A stretch of DNA of 64,000 nt from Blastocladiella emersonii ATCC 22665 (taxonomy: Eukaryota; Fungi; Blastocladiomycota), in contig JANHCV010000004.1 of assembly GCA_025594325.1 (NCBI GenBank), positions 682,001 to 746,000 on the forward strand. The letters run 5' to 3'. Shown piece by piece: positions 1 through 9,922 of the stretch. A program made the position numbers and the translations under genes. The notes below the pieces were generated by a model, which was not told the DNA's origin, did no database searches, and saw nothing but the letters and a program-made list of their open reading frames with translations. How positions within the stretch are numbered: position 1 is the stretch's first letter; every line of letters begins with the position of its first letter.

Positions 1-628
1 CCCGGCCGCGTTCATGGCGCGGTCCGCGATGCGCCAGCAGCAGCAGCAGCACGTCGCGGCAACCCCCTCGGGCCCATCGGCCGCCGCCACGCCCAGCGCG
101 GCGCGCACGGTCAAGATCTCGCCGCAGTCGGTCGCGTACACGGCGGGCGGCGGCAACCTGGCCGTGTCGACGGCGCTCGGGTCGTCGTTTTCGTCGTCGG
201 CGACTGCGTCCCGGCCGGGCAGCGCGCTCGCCGCTGCGTCCCGGTTCGGCGCGCATCTCGCGAATGGTGGACTTGTCCGGTCACACAGCGACGGGCACCT
301 CGGGCTTCACCACACGTCGCCGCAATCGACGCACTCGCCGGGGCACCCGGGCGGCGACTCGACGACGGCGTCGGGCGACCTGCGCGACGACGAGCTCGAC
401 GCGATCGAGCTCGTGGCGGCCAACGCGTCGGCGGCGCGGCACCACGACCAGCAGCAGCAGCGCGCGCGGGGCCAGTTCGCTTTCAACCCGGCGGGGATGC
501 AGCAGTCAACATCGGGGTCGCGGCCGGGGTCCCGGCTCGCCGGCGCGTCCAGCATGCGGAGCAGCAGCGCGGCGGGGAACAACGGTGCGGGCGCGGGTGC
601 AGAGCAGTGGGCGGTGCGCCGCGGCTGA
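1..628 (+). CDS. 3' end of a low-complexity Ser/Ala/Gln-rich protein; 5' part probably outside the window
   Basis: Frame is open from the window edge (ccg gcc gcg ttc atg...) to TGA at 626-628, with typical GC3 codon usage. No recognisable domain. Confidence 0.6.
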   Translation, partial: PAAFMARSAMRQQQQQHVAATPSGPSAAATPSAARTVKISPQSVAYTAGGGNLAVSTALGSSFSSSATASRPGSALAAASRFGAHLANGGLVRSHSDGHLGLHHTSPQSTHSPGHPGGDSTTASGDLRDDELDAIELVAANASAARHHDQQQQRARGQFAFNPAGMQQSTSGSRPGSRLAGASSMRSSSAAGNNGAGAGAEQWAVRRG

Positions 629-1468
629 AACGGGGCGCGCCCTCGTTGTCGTGATGGCGGACGTGATGGGCTGATGATATATATTGCGCGCGTGACTGAC
701 TCGTTGCATTCGATTCGATCTCAGGCTTCGTGAGGGTAGGGTATGAGGGCTATCAGCTTCCATCAGGTGCGGCGACGAGCAGCAGCCACGGATAGCATCG
801 CGGGCGACGACGGCCGTGGCCAGGGAGCTGCGTGTGAGGTTGCACATCACGGGCGGTTCAACGGCTCGCCGTCATCGACGGTGGCGCAGTCGCTGGCGCT
901 GGCCCCCAGCCGCGTAGCCGAGATCCCTTCCAGTACATCCCCCGGGCGTGAAACTGGTGCCGCGGCAAGCCCTTGCGATGGGGCGCCGCAGCGCGCCACG
1001 GCGTGGGTAGACTCGAGCAGTAGTCAGCCACGGGTCATCGGGGCGTCGCAGGTGGCGGTCCCTGGCCACAGCGCAATAGCACGGTGGCGAGGGCGAGGGG
1101 CCGGGTAGCGCGGCCGTGGTCGGGCACCGTTCCGTGTTGCCGTCACACACGCACGCCATCGCACAGGATGCGGCGACGGGGCCGAGGTCGTTATCCGGGC
1201 GCGCCTGGGCGGACCGACTACAAGTGCCCCGCGCTCCCCCGCCCCGCTCTCCCGACTCCCGTCTCCCAACCATCGTCGACAACCCGTCTCCCGTCTTGCG
1301 GCCGCAGACTTTGCACTTCTCGTCGTCGGCTCGACCGATCACCTCGTTCGCTCGGACCGCGCGCCGATCAAGCAAGCAAGCGCCCCGCTCCATTTCTCCG
1401 CGATCGCGACGGACGCTTCGCCGCTCTTCACCCGAGTTCCCGCCCCGCTCCGTCGCCTCGGCCCGGCC

Positions 1469-4400
1469 ATGTCCTTCCCATCTCCCCACCACGCCGCCGG
1501 CACGGCTCAGCCGCAGTCGCCGCCCGACTGGGCCCAGCTCCTGTCGCCGACCGCCGGCCACCCGATCCTGTCGTACGGCGCCGCCTCGATGCCGGCCGTG
1601 GCGTCCACGCTCTCGGCGTCGCCACCGGTCGCGGGGGCAGGGCGCCAGGTCTCGGCGCCCGCCAGCGACACCGAGTCGGCCACGTCGGCCACCACGCCGT
1701 CGACGTCGACGGGGAAGCCGGCCAAGCGCGCGCGCGTGTCTCATGTACGTTGCGCAACAGAACTCGGGTCGGGCGCGTCGCTGACACACTTCGACCGCGA
1801 ATCTAGGCGTGTGAAGGGTGTAAACGGCGCAAGGTCAAGTGCAGCGGCGACGTACGTTCACTTCCCTCTCGCCCTCACACAGACCGATTTCTAACCACCC
1901 TCCCCGCCCTCCAGCTCCCATGCACCCACTGCGCGGCCTTTGCGCTGCAGTGCGAGTACAAGACGCAGGGCAAGCGCGGCGCGAGCGCGCTGCTCGACGG
2001 CGCGTCCCTCCCCGACTGCGCCGACGCGGGCACCGGCGGCGCCGCCGAGTCGCTGACCGAGGCGCTCCTGCTCAAGGTGCACATCGACGCGACCAAGTCG
2101 ACGGGCGACGACGACCCCGCCGCCGCCGCCACCGCGTGGCTCTCGGGCAACAAGGCCGGCGTCGACAAGACGGGCGCGGGCACCGTGCGCCGCCGCAGCC
2201 GCCGGATCCAGCCGCCGCTCCCGCTCGCGCCCGCGTCCGCTGCGGCGCCGACGGTCGTTTCCGAGACCACCTTCGACGGCGGGTTCACGGCGGAACCGCT
2301 CCTCCCGCCGTTCCCGCCGAGCGCGACGCCGGCGCCGCGGACCGCGCCGCCCGCGACGCAGCGCGACATTGACGAGATCGCGGACTCGATGGTGCTGGTC
2401 GTGCAGCTCGACGACTCGGGCGCGGCGACGTCGTGCATGTCGCTCGGTCCGAGCAACGGCCTGCACACGTTGACGCGGTGGACGCGGAGCCTGAGCCACG
2501 GCGTGATGCAGCGGCGCGCGGTGCGGCACCGTCGGCGGATCCCCGAGCGCGCGGCCGCGCGCGAGGCCAAGCTGTTCCCGCCGCGCGCGTTCGCCGGCGC
2601 CATGCTCGACGTGTACTGGCGCATGCTGCACCAGTGGCAGCCGATCGTCGACCGCGCGGGCGTCTTGCTCGAGCTCGAGTACGCGCTCGATGGTGCCGCG
2701 ACGCCCGACTACCTCCTCGTCTACGCGGTGCTCGCGTGCGGGACCGCCGCGTACGAGCGGCAGAACGGGATCGACGTGTTCGGCCCGTCGCCCGTGCTCC
2801 TGTCGCGCGTCTTTGCTGAGCGCGCGAAGGGGCACATGCAGCGGATGGGCGCGCTGCACCTGCAGAGCATCGAGGGCGTCCAGGCCACGCTGCTGCTCGC
2901 GTACCTCGCCGTCGAGTACGGCGGGAACGCCGCCTGGGTGCTCTCGGGTACCGCGTCCCGGCTCGCCATCGATATGGGCCTGTCGCTCGACCTGCGCGCG
3001 ACGCCGTTCCACCGCATGCGGCCGAACCTGCCGCTGTGGGGCAAGACGTGGGCCGCGGTCTACGCCATGGACCGGTACACGGCCATGTTCAACGGGCGCC
3101 CGCCGCTGATCCAGGACGCCGACTGCCTGCTGCAGTTCGAGCCGTTCCTCGCGACCCCCGAGAACCTCGCGGTGCACCCGGCCGACGTGCTCGTCGCCGC
3201 CGACTCGTACTTTGTGTGGTCCGTCAAGCTGCAGGAGGTCGCCGGCAAGGTGCTCCAGACGCTCAACTCGATCACGTCGCGCCGGGGCAACCAGCTCTCG
3301 TACAGCCTGCCCGAGCTGCACGCGCTGCTGTCGCGGTACCGCCGCGACCTGCCCGCGCGGCTCCAGTTCGTGCCGACCGAGCCCGACGCGACGCTGCGCC
3401 TCCAGGCCGCGCAGCTCAACCTCCGGTACTACGCCCTCGTCGCCACCCTGTACCGCACCGTGATCGCCGTACGCTCGCCCTCCACCAACCCCGCCTCAGC
3501 GTCCGCCTCGGCGTCCGCGCTCCCGCCGCAGCTCAAGCAGCAGTACCTGGCCCTCCTCGAAGACTCGCTCGCCGCGATGCTCGCCATCGCCGAGCACATC
3601 CGCCCCGACCTGCGCGCGATGCCGGACATGGCGTTCCACGAGCTGCAGACCATGCTGACCATCTGCGTCACGGTCGTCACCCACGACCACAGCGAGGGCC
3701 GCCGGAGTACCGCCAATGTCCTCGCGCACCTCGACCGCATCCACGCCCTCGTCGAGGCCGCCGCCGAGGTCTGGCCGTTCGCCGCCCGCATCATGCACCT
3801 CCCGCGCGAGATCTCGGCGACGATCCGCCGCGTCCAGGCGGATTTGAGCGAGGTCGACGCCAACGCGCTGCGGCTCGTCACGGGGCAGGACGAGGCGTGC
3901 GAGGACGTACTTGACTTGCTCGACGGCGACGTTGACGAGCAGATCGCGGTCATGGCGACCGCCATGGCGCAGTACATGCCGCTCGCGGACTCGGGCGAGA
4001 CGACGGCGGCCGCCGCGGAGGTCCCGCCGCTGCCCATGGCGCAGCCACACTACGCGAGCCTCCCGACCACGACCACGTCTTCAGCTCCTGCGGCCGCCAC
4101 GACGGTCGTCCCGGGCGCGATCGAGGGCAACAGCGGCGGCATCTACCAGTACCACGCAGGCCCGCCGACGGGGTTCGTCGGCATGATGGCCAACGCGGCG
4201 GCCGCCGCCGCTGCAGCCGCGAGTGTGGCGTCGTACTCGTCCAGCCCGCCGCAGTGCCACCAGCATCAGCAACTTCCGCCGATGCAGCACACGCAGCACC
4301 AGCAGCAGCACTCGCCGCCGCAGCAGTTCGCGCCGCATCACGGGATCCTGGGCGCCGCGAGCGGGCTGTACTCGACCACGGCGACGACGTCCGCGAGCTC

Positions 4401-4788
4401 GGCACCTGCGCCCGCGTACGTGGCCTCAGCGGCGGCGGCGGCGCAGCACCTTCGACACCCGGTCCAGACCCAGCACCCGCAGCCCTCGTTCATCCCGCGC
4501 GTCTCGACCGCATCCCCGCCCGGCGCGGCGCACGCGTGGCCGGTGCACGTCGCGCTGCCGTCGTTCCCGCGGCACGATGCGGGGCAGTGGGGCCAGCACC
4601 CGCAGCAGCACCCGCAGCAGCACGCGCCGCATCACCAGGTCGGGTTCCATCCCGTCGTCCCGTCACAGCATCACCAGCAGGGAGGCGGGGATGGGACGGC
4701 GGTGCTGGGGATCATGGACCTCGAGCGGTTCCTCGCGTCCGCGTCGTCGTCAAGCAGTAGCAATCATCATAGCCATAGTCGATTCTAA
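1469..4788 (+). CDS. Zn(II)2Cys6 fungal transcription factor with a Fungal_trans middle homology region and a Q/H-rich tail
   Basis: Splicing introns 1745-1806 and 1852-1914 (GTACGT...YAG, branch CTGAC/CTAAC) gives RVSHACEGCKRRKVKCSGDLPCTHCAAFALQCEY. This joins ORF 2077-4788 (AWVLSGTASRLAIDMGL, WAAVYAMDRYTAMFNGRPPLI). Confidence 0.93.
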
Positions 4789-4810
4789 ATACACACACAA
4801 TCTACTCTTC

Positions 4811-4870
4811 TCCACTCGAATCAAACATCACGCGCGCATCTCCACTCGAATCAAACATCACGCGCGCATC
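4811..4870 (+). repeat. Perfect 30-bp tandem duplication (2x TCCACTCGAATCAAACATCACGCGCGCATC)
   Basis: Directly visible. It includes the stop codon of the minus-strand gene ending at 4858. Confidence 0.95.
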
Positions 4871-6726
4871 CGCGCCGGCGGACCGTGCACGCGGTGCGTC
4901 GTCGACACCCACTCCCCGCCGCTTCCCTCCTCCGCAACCGCGATCCCCGCCGCGCGCTCGACCGCGCCATTGCCCAGATGATCCGCGTTCCCGACGACCG
5001 CCGGGATCGGCTCGCGCCGCGTAAACCCGTCAGGCGGGCCCTTAAACGTCGTCCGCGTCGTCGACACACCGCCAAACTCGCGCGCGTCCTGCCACTGCAC
5101 CGTGTTGTGCAGCGACGTCGCGAACGTGCGGTCGGGCAGGATCGGGGCGCGGCGGAACGCGCCCGCGGGGTACCCCGCCGCCGCCCGCGCGGTCGCCCCG
5201 TGGTGGTCGCGCGCGGTGGTGGCCGCGGCGAGCGGCGCCGTCGCGGAGTCGGGCGCCAGGTCGAAGTGCGACTCGTTCACCGCGGCGACCAGCGCGCGCG
5301 TCGTGCGCCGCATCAAGCGGAACCCCTTGGCGTCGGCGGGCGGGGCGCCGCGGCCGAACGCGTCCCGCGACTCGCTCGCGGAAACGGAGAGGGAAGCGGG
5401 GCTCCCGTCCTCGGGCACCAGCACGTGCTGGCCGCGGTCGCGGCACGACGCGCGGCGCCAGTCGCCGCCGGCGTTGGCCAGGTGGAAGTCGGCGCGCGTC
5501 ACCGAGACCATGGGCGCGGCGGGGTCCGTCGCGGGCGGCTGGCCGTCGGCCGAGGCGGATGCCGAGACTGCGGTCGCCGCGGCCAGGACCACGGCGTCGT
5601 CGTCGGGGCGGCCCTGGAACACGTGCGACTCGAACACGCGGTGCACGGGTACGTGGCGCGGGACGGGGTGGCGCGGGTAGCTCGCGTGGGTCGTGCTGCG
5701 CGTCGGCGAGGAGGTCAGGTGCGCGGATGTCGCGTCCGGCTCCTCGCGTAGCAGGACCGTCGCTGGGAAGGTGGCCCGCGGGACGCGCTGCGTGGAAGCG
5801 CCTAGGAAGTTGGACCGGTACTGCGACGTGAAGGACGACGCTTCGGGGGTGTCTTGAGTCGCCAGCTAGTTTCTGGGAGTGTGAGCGCGGGTCGCGGGTT
5901 GACGAAGAGAAAAGCGTACCGAGATGTGCGTCCCCTCGAGCTCCTCCTTGAACTTGAGATCGACCTGCTCGGCGTCCCTGTGCGTCGTGAAATCGGTCTG
6001 GAACGTGGAGCGACAGTCGGACGCCTCGCCGTCGGGTCGGTCGAGGACGGTGCTCGGCAGCTTGTCACGGCTCCGCACCGCGTTCGCCAGCGCGCGCTGC
6101 TCCGCCCCGGCCGCCGAGGCCACGGCGTCGACGGGCCCGTACTCGCTCTGCGTGACGCTCTGCCACCCTTTCCGGGCCGCTTCGGCCGTCATCTCCTCCT
6201 CTTCGCTGCCCAGCACAATGTTATCCCCACGCAGCCGCTGCCGGCGCGCGCGCGCGCTCGAGGCCAGGGCGGCGCGGTTGGCGAGCGGGTCGCCGCGGAA
6301 CGACTCGCCGTACAGGGACCGGGCGGGCGTGACGAGCGCCGACTCGTCGTGGAAGACCGGCGGGTACATGTTCTCGTGGTTCACCGTGTCGGTCGTGTCC
6401 GGCAGCTCGTGCGGCGTGTAGTCGCGGTTCGCGACCGTCAGGTACCGCAGCGCGTCGCCGCCCGGCAGGGATTCGGCGGAACGGCCCAGAGTGAAGTGGG
6501 GCGTGTCGTTGAATGAGGCGGCTATGAGGGACGGGGGTGAGTTCTGCGCGGCCAAGTCAGAGCCAGTGAAAGTACCCTCGGCGTTCTTGGCATTCCCCTC
6601 GCGCGCATCGGCGCCGCGGCGGTGCGTGTGCGGGACGTACTTTTCGCGCGTCGTCGTGTTCCACTCGGGCACCGCCGGCGCGCGCGGGTCGCGGAAGCTG
6701 CAGTAGAAGTCGGGCTGGATCGCCAT
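4858..6726 (-). CDS. TEX45/SAXO5-like axonemal microtubule inner protein with repeated (S/T)-T-x-x-x-x-(Y/F) and HF-x-LG motifs
   Basis: Intron 5866-5919 joins ORFs 5866-6726 and 4858-5646 in frame (GTHIS|LATQD). Repeats include TTTREKY, TPHFTLG, DNIVLG, SVTQSEY, STFQTDF, STTHASY, ESHFDLA and STTRTTF. Confidence 0.65.
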
Positions 6727-7207
6727 GGGCGGGAACCGGAAGCCTACGGCGGGAGGGTGTCAGGCTGGGGAGAGCGAGCTGGAGAGTTTGGGGGAGTGTA
6801 CGGTGCGGCGCATTGTCGCGGTTGGGCCCGTAGAGGTGCGCGAGCTCGGGCGGGACCGCGAGCTTGGGGGTCCCGGGTGACCGCGGGGCCGGGGGCGGCG
6901 ATGCAGAGGGTGCCATGGTCTAGTATTCCATTCGTACACGTCTAACGAGGGAGCGAGAGGGAGCGACGTCAACGATCCGACGAAAACGCGAGACAGCGGG
7001 TGCGAGACGCGCCCCGCCACCCACGTGGGGGCCACCGCTCGCTTCTGGAAGCCGAGACGGCGCCAAGCCGAGCGGGAGGGGGGGGGAGTCCACCGCCCTG
7101 CCTCAGGCCCTGCCTCGTTCTCGCCGTCGCTCTCTCGCTCTCCGCTCTCCCTTCCTGCACGCACCGTATCTGCAACGCATCACTACGCATTCAACGCATC
7201 GACACCA

Positions 7208-7673
7208 TGGGCTTCCAGGCAAAGGATCTCTACAAGTGGGTCAACACGGACTCGCACAAGCTCGCGACCGTCGTGCTCGCCGTCGTTGGCACGCTCAACG
7301 TCGCGCTCTACGTCGGCGTGCTGGCGGGCGCCACCTGGACCGGCGGTACGTCATGCGCGGTTCTCATCGCGGCCGTCGCACTCACTCTCGCCCACCTACA
7401 GCGCTCCTGGGCGGCATCATCTTCCTGGCGCTCACCGTGTTCAAGATGCTCAGCGTCATGTCGCTGGTCGCGAGCTTCTACAAGCGCGCGTGGAACATGA
7501 TGAAGTCGATCCTGCTCGCCTTCACCACCACCATCGTCGTCGTCATCGTGCTGTCGGCCGTGACCGCGGGCCTCGTGCGCCTCTACGACCTGCTGCCGCT
7601 CATTGTCGAAATCGTCTTCCTGCTCCTCAGCGCCAACTTTTACCGCGTCCACAGCGCCAAGATTCTGCCTTGA
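7208..7673 (+). CDS. Small (~136 aa) multi-pass membrane protein of unknown family
   Basis: ATG at 7208 and intron 7346-7401 give MGFQAKDLYKW...ATWTG|ALLGGIIFLALTVF...SAKILP*, with about 4 hydrophobic segments. Confidence 0.8.
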
Positions 7674-7715
7674 ATGCATTGCATTGTGTCACATACAGTT
7701 TTGCTCATCTCATCC

Positions 7716-9669
7716 TTACCCCACAACCTCGACGCGGTCAAACCACCCGCCCTCTTCTGCGGAGGACGCGGTCCGGTGGCTCACGGCAACGACCGCGACG
7801 CGCGCCGCCCTTAGCGCGCGCCACACGCGCTCGCGCCCGGCCTGGTCGATGGCCCCATCCGCCTCGTCGAGCACGACCCACGCGGTCGGCAGCCCGACGA
7901 GCTTCGGCGGCACCTCGCCTGGCGCCGGCAGCGCGAACCCGGGCAGCTGCACCAGCACGCGCGCAATCGCGAGCCGCTGCTGCTCGCCGGGCGACAGTGT
8001 GCCCGTGTAATACGCAAGCGGCCGTTGGTCAGATTCCGACCCGGGCTTGATGAGGTGCGCGAGCCCGAGGTACCCGAGCACCTGCGCGGCGAACACCGGG
8101 TCGACGGGCGCGGTGTCGGCGCCCACGCGCAGCTGGTCGTGCAGCGTGCCGGGGACAAAGTACGGGTGCTGCGGGAGGTAGAAGACGCGCAGGGTGCCGG
8201 GCAGCCGCACCGTGCCCCGCGCGACCGACCAGAGCCCGGCCAGGCAGCGCAGGATCCCGGTCTTGCCCGTGCCCGAGGGCCCGCGGACCAGCGTCCACGC
8301 GGTCGCCGGGAAGCGCAGGGACAGGTCCGAGAAGAGCACGGTGCCGTCGGGCGTCGTGACGGTGGCGCGGTCGACGGCGAGGTCGGGCGAGTCGGCGCTC
8401 ACCACGGTCGCGCGGGTATCGGCCACGGGCACGTCCCCCAAATCGAGCACCGCGGCAACGCGCGCCGCGTGGCCCGCCATGTCCGAGACCGTGTTGAGCA
8501 GCGAGATCACGGACGTGAGCTTGAACACCAGGTAGATGGCGACGAACGCGTTCTGCGAGATGACCGCGCCGAGCTCGGCCTGCGACAGCCCGTCGTACCG
8601 CCCGCTGAACAGCGCGATGGCCACCACAAGGTAGTTGAGAATCGCGCCCAGGTACGAGAAGAACTCGGTCACGCTCGACATGACCCAGTGCCGCCGCATC
8701 ACCCCGCGCACCTGCCGCGCGAGCGCCGTCCAGATCGCCGTAGCGCGCCGCTGCTCGCCCCGGTGCGCTGCCGGACCCAGGAACGCCAGCGACTCGCGGC
8801 GCGCGGCGACGTGCGCGTGGTACCCGCGGAACTCGGCCTCGGCGCGGTCCGCTGCCGCGACCGCCCCCGCGACGTAGTGCACGAGCCGCGACGAGACGCC
8901 CGCGCCGACGACAAAGTACGCGTAGATGATGGCGGGCGACGTCCACCCGCTCAGCGACGCCAGCGACCACGTGTACGAGGCGACGAGGAAGGGCGCGAGC
9001 AGAAGGTTCTCGACCACGTCGGCTAGCTTGCTCGCGAGCCGGTCCGTGTCCTGCGCGATTCGCTGGTCCAGGTTGTCGTCGCGCGCGGCGGACGGCGGGC
9101 GCGCGACCAAAGCGGGCAGGTGCGAGAAGTAGACGCCGTGCAGGTGACGCACCAGCGTGTCGCGCACCTGCAGCGCCAGCAGGTCGTGCAGCCACGTCAC
9201 GGACGTCTTGGCCTATTTGTACAATTGGTGAGTGTTTGTCACGAGGCCGAAGGGCAGCGCACGCTCGCGTACCGTCGCCGACGCAGCCGTGATCCCGACC
9301 GCCCACGCCATGAGGTTCCAGAACCCGGCCTGGTCCTTGTTGAGCAGGATCTGGTAGAACTGCGACGACAGCGACCCGGACTGGTACACGATCAGCTCGC
9401 GCACGAGCGACCCGCAGAACAGCCACGCCAGCGCGCGCGTCGCCGTCGACTGCCGCGTGAACACGACCCGCAGCACGCGCTTCATCGTGGGCCACGTCGC
9501 GGGGACGGGTGCGGGGGTGTCAACCTGGCCGCTACTGTGGGGCGAAGCCGTCAGCGAGGGGTTCCGCTTGGTGGGCGAGCGGGAGTGCGGACCGGAGCAG
9601 CGGTTGCGCTTCAGTGTCAGAGTCGCCCGGCGCGCGCGGCGAGCGCGGGAACAGGCAGTCGGTGAGCAT
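7716..9669 (-). CDS. ABCD4: ABC transporter subfamily D, ABCD4-like (lysosomal/vacuolar cobalamin exporter family)
   Basis: ELIVYQSGSLSSQFYQILLNKDQAGF matches the ABCD4 N-terminal segment as recalled. Also NLDQRIAQD, the EAEFR EAA-like motif, Walker A GPSGTGKT, signature LSPGEQQRLAIAR, Walker B VVLDEA and H-loop VSHR. Introns 9535-9592 and 9213-9272. Confidence 0.85.
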
Positions 9670-9922
9670 GGTCTTGGGTCTAGTCTAGTTGCATGGGTAT
9701 CCGTGTTGCATTACACTCGGGGAGAGCGAGGGCAGGAGGCCCTCGTCGTGAGGGACTTCGCGGAAAATCCGGCCCGCCTCGCCACACGTGGGCGACGCGT
9801 GCACCCGTGTCCCGCGGAGATCGACGCGACGCGACGCGCCGTGGCCGCCGTGTTCGCACGTCCGCCCTTCTCTTCTCCCCACCCAACCCGGCCGCTGCAC
9901 CCATCTATGGATCGCTCTTAAC

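Noticed and set aside
7208-7673. Assignment of the small TM protein to TMEM262/TMEM249 (CatSper eta/theta)
   Set aside because: No recognisable sequence similarity; only size and proximity are suggestive.
9686-9701. RFX X-box (GTTGCATGGGTATC) in the CatSper/ABCD4 promoter
   Set aside because: Only a partial match to GTTNCCATGGNAAC; not distinguishable from chance.
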